Positions 42,067 to 51,215 of a DNA stretch of 64,000 nucleotides are shown here, in pieces. Every line of letters starts with the position of its first letter. Positions within the stretch are counted from its first letter, which is position 1. The translations under genes were made by a program, and so were the position numbers. The DNA is taken from assembly GCA_963804525.1 (NCBI GenBank), contig CAWDQO010000006.1, positions 410,500-474,499 on the forward strand. Reading direction: 5' to 3'. Below the pieces are notes generated by a model. The model searched no databases, was not told the origin of the DNA, and saw nothing but the letters and a program-made list of their open reading frames with translations. This stretch comes from an uncultured Thermoplasmata archaeon. GTDB lineage: Archaea > Thermoplasmatota > Thermoplasmata > Lutacidiplasmatales > UBA184.

Positions 42067-42156
42067 CGCCGACCGCCGGATCCGGGGCGAGTCGGCGCGG
42101 GAAGTCTCGGGGCCGTGCGGTAGAGTCAAACACGGACCGGCGTCACGGTTTCCCCG

Positions 42157-43803
42157 ATGGGGACCGGTACCCGCTCGCTGGACGAACTCTGCGCGGAGCT
42201 CGGCGTTGCCCCCGATGAGGTCCGGACGGTCGGACGTGGGGTCGGGAAGCTCTCCGTCGCGATGATCCGGCGACGGGCCGCCTCCGCGCGGCGCGGTCGG
42301 ATCGTGCTGGTCACCGGGATGACCCCGACGTCCCACGGGGAGGGCAAGACGGTCACAACGATCGGGACGGCGATGGCCCTCCGACGGGCCGGGCACACGG
42401 TCGTTGCCGTCCTGCGACAGCCGTCGCTCGGCCCCGTGTTCGGCGTCAAGGGCGGGGCCACGGGCGGCGGGGCCGCGACGGTCGTCCCGGCCGAGCAGAT
42501 CAACCTCGGGTTCACGGGAGACCTCCACGCCGCGGCGGCGGCCCACAACCTCCTTGCGGCCCTCGTCAACAACCACCTCTACCACGGGAACGAGCTCCAG
42601 CTCGACCCGGAACGGGTCCGCTGGCCCTGGACGATGGACATCGAGGACCGGGTCCTCCGCCACGTCTCGGCGGAGAGCGGAGGGGTTCGCCGGACCGTCT
42701 CGCGGGAGGGGAAGTTCGTCATCACCGCCGCCTCCGAGGTGACCGCCGTCCTCGGCCTCTCGCGGGACTACGCGGACCTCAAGGACCGACTCGGCCGGAT
42801 CCTCGTCGGCGTCGACACGAGCGGCCACCCCGTCCGGGCGCGGGACCTCCACGCGGAGGGGGCGATGGCGGCGCTCCTGCGCGACGCGCTCGAGCCGAAC
42901 CTCGTCCAGTGCGCCGACGGGACTCCCGCCGTGATCCACGGAGGCCCGTTCGGGAACATCGCCCACGGGACCGCGAGCCGTCTCGCGATCGAGTTCGCCC
43001 TCTCCGCGGCGGAGTACTGCGTCGTCGAGGCCGGGTTCGCGACCGACCTCGGAGCGGAGAAGTTCGTCGACATCGTCGCCCGGCAGGCGAACCTCGCCGT
43101 GGACGCGGGATTGCTCGTCACGACCGTTCGGGGGCTCCGGCACCAGGGGGGCGTCGAGGAGGCCCGGCTCGCCGTCCCCGACCCGGCCGCCGTGACCCGC
43201 GGACTGGACAACCTCCGCGCCCACCTCGCGAACCTTCGCTCCCTGGGCGTGCCCGCGGTCGTCGTGCTCAACCGGTTTCCCGACGACGCCCCGGAGGAGG
43301 TCGCGCTCGTGGAGGCGACGGCCGCCGCCGAAAAGGCGGGGTTCGCCGCCTCGACGGTGTTCGCCGACGGGGCCGCGGGGGGTGCCGATGTGGCGGCCCG
43401 GGTGGTCGCGGTGGCCGCGTCCGGGGGTCGGAGCACCCCGCTCTATCCCGACGACAGCACGGTTCCGGACGCGCTCGACGTTCTCGTCCGCCGGCTCTAC
43501 GGGGGCGACGGGGCCGACTGGACCGACGAGGCGCGCCGTCAGCTCGACGACCTCACGAAGGCCGGCGAGGGGAGGGTCCCGATCTGTGTCGCGAAGACCG
43601 CGCTCTCGCTCTCCGACGATTCGCGCCGGCTCGGCCGCCCGACCGGCTACCGGGTCTCGGTGCGAAGGGTCGAGCGTTCGGCCGGGGCCGGGTTCACCGT
43701 GGTCTTCCTCGGGGAGATCGAGACGATGCCCGGCCTCCCGAAACGGCCGCTCGCCGAGCGGATCGACCTCCTCGCCGACGGCCGGATCACGGGCATGGGA
43801 TGA
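42157..43803 (+). CDS. fhs: Formate--tetrahydrofolate ligase
   Basis: TPTSHGEGKTVTTIG, LRQPSLGPVFGVKGGATGGG, GGPFGNIAHG, PICVAKT. Confidence 0.9.
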   Translation: MGTGTRSLDELCAELGVAPDEVRTVGRGVGKLSVAMIRRRAASARRGRIVLVTGMTPTSHGEGKTVTTIGTAMALRRAGHTVVAVLRQPSLGPVFGVKGGATGGGAATVVPAEQINLGFTGDLHAAAAAHNLLAALVNNHLYHGNELQLDPERVRWPWTMDIEDRVLRHVSAESGGVRRTVSREGKFVITAASEVTAVLGLSRDYADLKDRLGRILVGVDTSGHPVRARDLHAEGAMAALLRDALEPNLVQCADGTPAVIHGGPFGNIAHGTASRLAIEFALSAAEYCVVEAGFATDLGAEKFVDIVARQANLAVDAGLLVTTVRGLRHQGGVEEARLAVPDPAAVTRGLDNLRAHLANLRSLGVPAVVVLNRFPDDAPEEVALVEATAAAEKAGFAASTVFADGAAGGADVAARVVAVAASGGRSTPLYPDDSTVPDALDVLVRRLYGGDGADWTDEARRQLDDLTKAGEGRVPICVAKTALSLSDDSRRLGRPTGYRVSVRRVERSAGAGFTVVFLGEIETMPGLPKRPLAERIDLLADGRITGMG

Positions 43804-43873
43804 CCGGGAGGCCGGTGGGGCAGGCCCGAACGGCGCCGCGTCCGCGTCCCCCGGCGCTCTAAGTACACCGGCA

Positions 43874-45969
43874 ATGTGGGGGCGAGCGATGGCCCTCCCA
43901 CCCCGACGCCCCGTGGGCGCAGCCTGGGTGATCGCGCTCGTCGCCGTACTCGTCCTGACCGGCGCCTCCGCAGCGCCCGGTGGTCGGCTCCCGGCCGCGT
44001 CGGCCACGCTGTCCCCGATGTCCGCCGCCGACCGGATGGGACCCGCTCCGCCGGCGCCGCTCGTGGTTCCCTCGTCGGCCCACCCGTCGACGGCCACCCC
44101 GCTCTGGACGAACATCTCCTCCGGGTCGACGGACGCACCTCCCCCCGGGTCAGTGCGGGGATGGTCTACGATTCCTCCGACGGGTACGTTCTGCTGTTCG
44201 GCGGCGAACGCACGACCACCCCGCCGTACGTCTACTACAACGACACGTGGTCGTTCGTCGGCGGCGAGTGGACCAACCAGACCACCGGGCACGCCCCCTC
44301 GGCGCGGTTCGGATTCTTCCTTGCGGACGACCCCGCCGACCACGTGGTCGTCCTCTTCGGCGGCGAGCAGGGCACCCACGGCGTCCTCGAGAACGACACG
44401 TGGACCTACCACGCCGGAACCTGGACGAACGTCACCAGCGGAACGACGCCTCCGCGAGCGTTCTGGGGGTCGATGTCGTACGACTCGGCGACGGGAACCG
44501 TGCTCCTGTTCGGGGGGAACGAGGGCGGGGGCCCGACGACCGAGTACACGAACGACACGTGGTCGTTCCACGCGGGCGTCTGGACCGAGTTGTCCCCCGC
44601 GAGCACCCCGCCCGGGCGGGACGACCAGAACCAGGTCGACGACACGGCCACCGGTGACGTCGTGCTGTTCGGCGGATTGAACGCTACGGAGGACCTCAAC
44701 GATACGTGGACCTACTCCAACGGGACGTGGTCGCTGCTCGTCACCGCGACCGGCCCGGACGCCCGCGACGGACCGGGGATGGCCTACGACGCCGCCGAGA
44801 ACGCGGTGGTGATGTACGGGGGCTATCCGGCCAACGATTACTACTACGCAACGTGGGTCCTCGAGGCCGGGGTCTGGACCCAGTACGACGTCAGCCCCAC
44901 CCCCGCCGCCGGGACGATCTGGGGGCAGATGACCTACGACGCCGCGGACGGGTACGTCGTGCTCCTCCAGGGCAACGGGCAGTACAATTCGACGTGGGAG
45001 CTCAACTTCACCTCGAACACGACGGGTCCGCTTTCGCTCCAGGCGACCGCGATGCCCACGAGCGGAACGGCGCCGCTCCTCGTGACCTTCACCGCAACCC
45101 CCTCGGGAGGGACGCCGCCGTACGCGTACTCCTGGGTGTTGGGCGATGGCAACACGAGCGCGTCCCCGAACCCGACGCACACCTACGAGACCGCCTCCAT
45201 GTACACGGCCACGATCTACGTCACGGACTCGGCGTCGGGGAATGTGAGCAAGAGCTGGACGATCGTGGTGTCGGGTGCTTCCCCACCTCCTCCTCTCTCC
45301 CTCCAAGCGTCGGCCACCCCGACGACGGGGACGGCCCCGCTCGCGGTGGCGTTCACCGCGACCCCGTCCGGGGGGACGACGCCGTACGCCTACTCCTGGG
45401 TGTTCGGTGACGGCGGCCGGAGCACCTCCGCCAACCCGAGTCACACCTACGAGGCGGCGGCCTCGTACACCGCCACGATCTACGTCACGGACTCCGCATC
45501 GGGGAACGTGAGCAAGAGCTGGACGATCGTGGCCTCGTCGGCGCCGCTCGCGGCGACGATCGCGGCCGACCCGACCTCGACGACGGTCAACCACACGGTG
45601 GCCTTCTTCACGAACGTCACCGGCGGAACCGGCCCGTACACCTTCCTCTGGGAGTTCGCGGACCACACCTCGTCGTCGACGCAGGACCCGACGCACAGCT
45701 ACGGCGCCGCCGGTACGTTCGACGTCACCCTGACCGTCAACGACTCCGCCGGTGGGTCCGTGACCAAGAGCGTGACCGTCACGGTCGCGACTTCGCCGAA
45801 CTCCCCGCCCGCCTCGTCGTCCGGCCCGGCGAATGCGACCGCCATCGCCGCCGGCGTGGTTCTGATCATCGTGATCGTGTTCGTGGTGTTCTTCTGGTGG
45901 CGCCGGAAGAAGAAGACGCCCCCTCCGGGCTCCCCGGACCCCGCGGCGAGCCCCGGTCCTGCCCCCTGA
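43874..45969 (+). CDS. Secreted Kelch-repeat beta-propeller plus 3 PKD domains plus a C-terminal TM anchor; one frame shift at a C run near 44150
   Basis: The signal-like start MWGRAMALPP...ALVAVLVLTGASA is in the frame of ORF 43382..44680. ORF 43876..45969 then follows, with repeated YNDTWSF / NDTWTY Kelch motifs and PKD motifs (PYAYSWVLGDG, GPYTFLWEFAD). The anchor is IAAGVVLIIVIVFVVFFWW. Confidence 0.7.
45025..45545 (+). repeat. Intragenic tandem duplication (2 x about 270 bp) encoding two near-identical PKD domains
   Basis: 45195-45270 and 45465-45540 are nearly identical (ATCTACGTCACGGACTC...AGCAAGAGCTGGACGATCGTGG). Protein blocks TATIYVTDSASGNVSKSWTIV are repeated. Confidence 0.8.
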
Positions 45970-46169
45970 CGTCGCCGACGGTCCCGACCGTACGCCGTGC
46001 GACTCCTCGGGACACCCGGGACGCGACGCACGAAGCCGGGTCCCTCCCGGCCCGCTCCCAGTGGACGGACCCATCCGTGGAGGGAGGTCCGAGTCGCCTC
46101 CCGAGGCCCGAGACCCGCCCCGTGGGAGCGGACCGTAGCGTCTATCAAGGGGTCCCCGGTCCGACGGAC

Positions 46170-46709
46170 ATGTCGAACCCCCCCGGGGATTCCTCCCGAC
46201 CGTCCGGACCGGACGTGATCGCGATCGTCCTCGGCCTCGTGCTGCTCGTCGACCTCGTGGTGTCGGTCGTGATGCTGCAGACCGACAAGAACCTCCAGAC
46301 CGATTTCGGGGGCCACCCCGCCTACTATGCCCACTGGTACGGCGTGCTCGCGATGGCGGTCATCGACCTCGTGACTGCCCTGGCCGTCCTGGCCTGGGCG
46401 ATGCCCGGGGCCCGGGCCCGGATGCCGGGAATCCTCCAGCGGAACGGCCTCACCCTCGTTCTGGTGTGGCCGGTCCTCGCCATCCTCGCCATGGTCGGGG
46501 TGGTCGAGTCCTACTCGATGGTCGGGTTCTCCTCGGCGAATCAGTTCTCGACCTACCTGTTCGGAACCACGGCGTACCCGGGAGCGCTCTCTTACATCCC
46601 GTGGCTCTACGACGTCCTCCTCGCGATGTACGTCGTGACGGCGGTCGTCGCCGCCGCGGCGGTCTGGCATGCCCGGGCGGCCGGCAAGGCCGCGACCGCG
46701 GCTGCCTAG
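46170..46709 (+). CDS. Hypothetical multi-pass membrane protein
   Basis: The internal ATG is at 46170 (MSNPPGD...). There are 4-5 hydrophobic helices (VIAIVLGLVLLVDLVV, VLAMAVIDLVTALAVLAWA, ...). Confidence 0.5.
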   Translation: MSNPPGDSSRPSGPDVIAIVLGLVLLVDLVVSVVMLQTDKNLQTDFGGHPAYYAHWYGVLAMAVIDLVTALAVLAWAMPGARARMPGILQRNGLTLVLVWPVLAILAMVGVVESYSMVGFSSANQFSTYLFGTTAYPGALSYIPWLYDVLLAMYVVTAVVAAAAVWHARAAGKAATAAA

Positions 46710-46754
46710 CGCTGGTCGATCCGGACGGCCGCACCCTCGGCGACCGCCGCCCCG

Positions 46755-46779
46755 GGGACGGGCCCGCCGGGATTCGAAC
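46755..46779. repeat. 25-bp perfect copy of the tRNA-Arg 3' end (att-like remnant)
   Basis: GGGACGGGCCCGCCGGGATTCGAAC is identical to 48922-48946. It is followed by a 7-bp stem hairpin TTGCGCA-AGGA-TGCGCAA (46780-46797). Confidence 0.85.
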
Positions 46780-46822
46780 TTGCGCAAGGATGCGCAATCG
46801 TCCCCGGGTGCTGCCCAACTCC

Positions 46823-46850
46823 TCATTTAGCCAAAATAGTAAATAATAGG
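46823..46850 (+). promoter_or_regulatory. AT-rich candidate promoter (TATA-like) for the arsR-like operon
   Basis: TCATTTAGCCAAAATAGTAAATAATAGG lies just upstream of GGAGGAGGAGGA-ATG (46870). Confidence 0.35.
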
Positions 46851-46869
46851 CGATCGTAGGAGGAGGAGG

Positions 46870-47241
46870 ATGGCGCCCACCTCCACCGTGGACTACGACG
46901 CCATCTTCGGCGCCCTCGCCCACCCGATCCGCCGGGACATCCTCTCGCGTCTCGCGGTCCGGGACGCGGGGGTGGAGGATCTCGCCGCGCCCTACGATGT
47001 GAGCCTCCCCACGATCTCGCGTCACCTCAAGTGTCTGGAGCGCGCCGGACTCGTCGCGGTGACGCGAGACTGGCGGTACCGAACTCGTCATCTCAACGTC
47101 CGGCCGTTGGCCGATGCGTTCCGCTGGCTCGCCGAGTACCGGGCGCTGTGGGACGACAGTTTCGACCGGTTGGAGCAGATCCTCGGCCCCCCGGAGGCTT
47201 CGGGCCCGTCGACGGCCCAACGAACCCGAGGGTCCCGGTGA
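46870..47241 (+). CDS. ArsR/SmtB-family transcriptional regulator
   Basis: FGALAHPIRRDILSRL...EDLAAPYDVSLPTISRHLKCLERAGLV. Confidence 0.8.
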   Translation: MAPTSTVDYDAIFGALAHPIRRDILSRLAVRDAGVEDLAAPYDVSLPTISRHLKCLERAGLVAVTRDWRYRTRHLNVRPLADAFRWLAEYRALWDDSFDRLEQILGPPEASGPSTAQRTRGSR

Positions 47242-47669
47242 TCGACTCCGAGTCCGGCGCGGCCGCTCCCTCGCCCGACCCGACCCAGATTGCGACCCCT
47301 ACGGGGACCGTGATCATCGCCGTCCGCGTCTTTGGGGCATCGCGCGAGCGCGCCTACGCGGCGTTTGTGACCCCAGAAGTCGTCGCCCGTTGGTGGGGGC
47401 CCGAGGGGTGGCGCACGGTCGTCGACGCGATGGACGTCCGGGTGAGTGGCCGATACCGAATCCGTTTGCTTGGCCCGGGCGGAGAGGTGCACCTCCGGAC
47501 CGGGACGTATCGAGAGGTCGTCTCTGGCTCGCTGCTCGTGCGAACGCTCGAGTTCGGCGAGTTCGACGGCCTCACGGTCGTTGAATCGATCCGATTCGAG
47601 TCGACCCCGGAAGGGACCCGCGTCACGCTGCGAACCGACTTCCCGTCGCCGGTGGACCCCACCGGTTGA
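47238..47669 (+). CDS. SRPBCC/AHSA1-like domain protein
   Basis: The GTG start overlaps the arsR stop (GTGA). RERAYAAFVTPEVVARWWGPEGW...GRYRIRL...REVV is typical of Aha1-like SRPBCC partners of ArsR regulators. Confidence 0.7.
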   Translation: MIDSESGAAAPSPDPTQIATPTGTVIIAVRVFGASRERAYAAFVTPEVVARWWGPEGWRTVVDAMDVRVSGRYRIRLLGPGGEVHLRTGTYREVVSGSLLVRTLEFGEFDGLTVVESIRFESTPEGTRVTLRTDFPSPVDPTG

Positions 47670-47859
47670 CCGCGGCCGGAATTCAGAACGGGGTCCGCTC
47701 CCTTTTCCGCAGGTTGAATGCACTCCTCTCGGAGACCGCGGACGGTAGGTGATGGTCTCTGGTCGAATCTCCCCATAGGAGGACCGCACCATCCTCGACG
47801 CACCGATCGATTCGGCTCGGGCGTCGTTCGCGCGTTGACCTTGGGCCCCACGGACGACC

Positions 47860-48523
47860 ATGATCAGGTACGGCGCGTCGATGTCATTGGACGGTTTTGT
47901 CGCAGGTCCCGACCAGGGTCCCAAGCACCCGTTGGGCGTTCGGGGCGAACTCCTCCACGTCTGGATGCGCGAGTTGGCGGTCTGGCGGGAGCAGGCTGGC
48001 CTCCCAGGAGGGGTCACCAACGCGAGCACGAAGGTCCTCCTCGAGGAGGACGTGGAGGTCGGCGCCCTCATCATGGGACGCAACATGTTCGGCGGCGGTC
48101 CGGGACCGTGGCGCACTCCGGCGTGGAACGGATGGTGGGGAGAAGACCCGCCGTTCCACCTCCCGGTTTTCGTGCTCACCCATCACCGGCGCGAACCGTT
48201 GGTCTGCAAGGGAGGAACCACATTTCACTTCGTGACGGGGGGAATCGCCGCCGCGAGGAGGCTGGCAGAGGCGGCGGCCAAGGGAAAGGACGTTTGCATC
48301 TCCGGAGGCGCCGGGGCCGCGAAGCAGTACATCGGAGCGGGGTTGGTCGACGAGATCCAGATCCACCTCGTTCCCGTCTTCCTCGGGGAGGGTGTCCGGT
48401 TGTTTGACAGCGCGCTGCTGTCCAAGGTCTCGCTCCGACAAGTCCGGGCGGTGGAAGCCCCCGGAGTGGCCCACCTCACGTATCGAGGACCGGCGGCCTC
48501 CCCAGCGGAAAGCCAAGAGGTAG
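47860..48523 (+). CDS. Dihydrofolate reductase-family (RibD C-terminal domain) protein; 3' end uncertain
   Basis: MIRYGASMSLDGFVAG..., ALIMGRNMF, VFVLTH, ISGGAGAAKQYIGAGLVDEIQIHLVPVFLGEG, HLTYR. The tracked ORF has no stop until 49023 and runs through tRNA-Arg. A +1 frame stop lies at 48521. Confidence 0.6.
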
Positions 48524-48925
48524 TTCCCCTCCTCCTCGGGCATCGCGCACGACCCGGGTTGGGCCCCGAAGGGCGGTGCCATCGGCAGGGGATGTCCGAG
48601 CGGGCGGGGTGGCAATCGGGGCGCGACATCTCCGCGAACTGCGCGCGGGCGGGAAGCGGGAAGGCGGCCTCTGCGAGACTGGGAACCCGCCCCGGTCGGC
48701 CGGGAGCCTGGGGCCCGACTGCCAGGTTTGGCCGGGTTTTCCGCACGGAGAGCGGTCTATCGAGAGAGCGCGTCGCGCAATGCTCCGATATCATGAGCTG
48801 GATCGTGCTCCACCGCGGCGAACACCTCACACATTTCCGGACGCCGAACTGGCGGGAGCGGAAGCGCACGGCGACCGCTAGACCTCGGCGGGGCCGGTGG
48901 TCTGGGTTCTGGAAGGGAAGTGGGA

Positions 48926-48999
48926 CGGGCCCGCCGGGATTCGAACCCGGGTTCGAGGCTCCGGAGGCCTCTGTGATGTCCAAGCTATACTACGGGCCC
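48926..48999 (-). tRNA. tRNA-Arg(CCG): tRNA-Arg (CCG), 74 nt
   Basis: Acceptor GGGCCCG/CGGGCCC, anticodon arm GAGGC-CTCCGGA-GCCTC, T arm CCGGG-TTCGAAT-CCCGG. The D stem as assembled is weak. Confidence 0.8.
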
Positions 49000-49099
49000 T
49001 TACGCGACGTCCAAAAGGGTTAAGATTCGGGCGATTCTGGCCTCCGTCATGGCCCCCAAGCCAACGACCTCAGCGCGCAGAACTACCCTCCTCCGGAAC

Positions 49100-50369
49100 C
49101 CCCGACGTACGCTCGTGGTATAACGACCACGCCAAAGTCGGGACAGCGGTCACTCAGCTCGACCAACTCGAGCTCTTCCTGCGCCGGACGCACCTCGAAC
49201 TCGAAGAGTTGGTCGCGCTCGCCAAGAAGCCTCCGGCGAAGCGGCTGAAGGAGGTTGTGAACTCCTACGTCCGAACCGAGCAGGCGGCCGGGCGCAGGGC
49301 ACGCTACGTCCTGAACGTCTGGTGGGGAGTCCGCTCGTTCCTCGCCTCCCAGGGGGCCGCTCCGGAATGGAACCCGACGGTCGAGAAGACCGAGGCGGAC
49401 GAGGACGACGCTGCGCGAACCGTCCCGAGCCACGAGCAGCTACGCCAGGTCGCGAGCGCGGTCAAGTCCGGCCGTGACCGGGCGGTCGTCTACCTCCTCG
49501 CATCGTCCGGCATCAGGATCGGCGTCCTCGCGACGCAGCACCCAGCCGGCCGACGGCCTCCGATTGAAGCACCTCCCCGAGCTTCGAGCTACGGCAAGGA
49601 GCCCAATTTCGGGAAGGTTCCCTTCGCGATCCGCGTCCCCGCCCATCTATCGAAGGGGAAGAACGCGTACTACACCTTCGGCTCGCACGAGGCGGCGGAT
49701 GCCGTCCTCGCCTATCTGAAGGAGCGGCAGGCAAGACGGAGAGACCCTGACTCCGGAGTCCCCCCTCGTCTTGCCAGATACTCGGGGTCGGCTCTCGGAG
49801 CGGAGGGCGAAGGACGGGGCCTCGTTCATGGTCCGGAAGGCCCTCGCTGAGCGCGTCAAGATGGCCATGAGCCGGGTAAGCCCCGCCGGCGGCCCGATGG
49901 CAGGCCCACACCCTTCGAGCGTGGTTCAGCACCAGATGGAGAGCTGCGAATCGAAGGGGCTCGTCAGCCGCACCGTCGTGAATTCTTCATGGGCCACTCG
50001 CTCGGGGTAGACGGGCAGTACAACGTCGAGCGTCCGCTTTCCCCCGAAAAGGTCGACGAACTGCGGGCTTCATACTCGAAGTGCGAGCCGTTCCTCTCGA
50101 CAACCCCGATGACGGAGCCGAACGACGGGGCGACCCGTGTCCTCCGCGCGCTGCTGATCTCGCGCGGCCACCCGAAGGAAGAAGCGGAGAAGCTCGACAT
50201 CGGCGCGATGACCGACGAGGAACTTGGGGTGCTGTTCAAGAAACTCGGGGCTTCTCCGAAGCGATCAGAGAGGGCTTTCGCCGTCGAGGAAGTCCCGAGG
50301 TTGCTCGACGACGGCTGGGAGTTCGTGGCGCCGCTGAACGGCTCGATGGCGGTGCTCCGGAGCCCTTGA
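49100..50369 (+). pseudogene. Tyrosine recombinase / integrase, disrupted by at least 5 frame shifts; start approximate
   Basis: Pieces are spread over ORFs 48897..49850, 49474..49719, 49771..50010 and 49989..50369. They include DRAVVYLLASSGIRIGVL (box I Arg), HTLRAWFST in a third frame, then FFMGHSLGVDGQY (box II His...Tyr). It lies directly beside tRNA-Arg. Confidence 0.65.
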
Positions 50370-50994
50370 GGCCGGCCTGAATCGCGAGCGCGAACTCCAT
50401 CGAGGGCGGGCGGCGGAATTCGACGTGCGCTTTCCGAAGGTCGGGAAGCTCCGCTGAGAACGGCGCATTCGCCTCGGTCGCCGGCCACCTGAGGCGCTCC
50501 AACAGCTCGTTCTCCAGGTGCTCCGTGCTCTCCGACGCGAGCGCGAGCTTGGTAAGGAAAGAGATGCCGCCCGAGAGCATCTTGCCAAATTCTTTCCGGG
50601 ATTCACGCTCCTCCGCCTCGGTCCGCTTGCGGGGTGGGAAAAGCCGATCGCGCTCCGCCTGGGTCAACTGGATGTACTGGTCCGCGGGAACGCTGATCCG
50701 GCCGTCGATATACCTGAGGTAGTACCGAATCTCGGGGCCCCGAGGAGGTTGGAAGGTCCGGACTCCGAGGTAGATTTTAGCGAGCAGAGATTTCTTGCCG
50801 AAGCGCCAAGTTTCCCTGACCGTCGAGTGCGCTTTCGGTAGATTAAGGTCGGCGGCGATCGAGGCTTGGATCTGCGAGGCGGAGTACCACCCTCCGGGCG
50901 AGTCGGCCATCAACTTTCGGAACGCACGAATCACTTCGTCCTCCCGGCTTGAGGCGGCATCGGTCCCCAGTTTCCTGGGCATGGCGCCTGCCAT
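50236..50994 (-). CDS. Hypothetical protein of the island (possible DNA-binding N-terminus); 3' end overlaps the integrase and may be shorter
   Basis: Intact 252-aa ORF (MAGAMPRKLGTDAASSREDEVIRAFRKLMADSPGGWYSASQI...). No family was recognised. Confidence 0.4.
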   Translation of the reverse strand: MAGAMPRKLGTDAASSREDEVIRAFRKLMADSPGGWYSASQIQASIAADLNLPKAHSTVRETWRFGKKSLLAKIYLGVRTFQPPRGPEIRYYLRYIDGRISVPADQYIQLTQAERDRLFPPRKRTEAEERESRKEFGKMLSGGISFLTKLALASESTEHLENELLERLRWPATEANAPFSAELPDLRKAHVEFRRPPSMEFALAIQAGLKGSGAPPSSRSAAPRTPSRRRATSGLPRRRKPSLIASEKPRVS

Positions 50995-51050
50995 ACATGT
51001 CGGACGCCATATGAAGATGGCTAAGAAGCGTCGGGGGTATTCGTGCGGAG

Positions 51051-51215
51051 ATGCCGCCCGTCAGTCTCGAGGGGCCGAAGGATGAGGCCCGTCGGTCGCT
51101 ACCCGCTGGGCACCCCGGGCGCGAGGCGCTCCTCGCTCAACCGGACGCTCTCCCGGTGGACGAGTTCGACGCCCTCATCCCGGCGCTTATCCGGATTCTC
51201 AGGAGTCGACCGTGA
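51051..51215 (+). CDS. Small (54-aa) ORF translationally coupled to the primase gene
   Basis: ATG at 51051. ...LLAQPDALPVDEFDALIPALIRILRSRP. The stop TGA overlaps the primase GTG (GTGA). It falls below the ORF-track length cut-off. Confidence 0.25.
   Translation: MPPVSLEGPKDEARRSLPAGHPGREALLAQPDALPVDEFDALIPALIRILRSRP

Noticed and set aside
41542-46074. 1510-aa ORF on the minus strand, and similar giants: 5801..8203 (+), 18009..21845 (+, in part), 16326..17843 (-), 17965..19491 (-), 22665..24809 (-), 10570..12618 (-, C-terminal part).
   Set aside because: These are Arg/Pro/Gly-rich, low-complexity translations antisense or out of frame to well-supported genes (fhs, Kelch/PKD protein, GT4, etc.). 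Long spurious ORFs are expected in high-G+C DNA because stop codons are rare.
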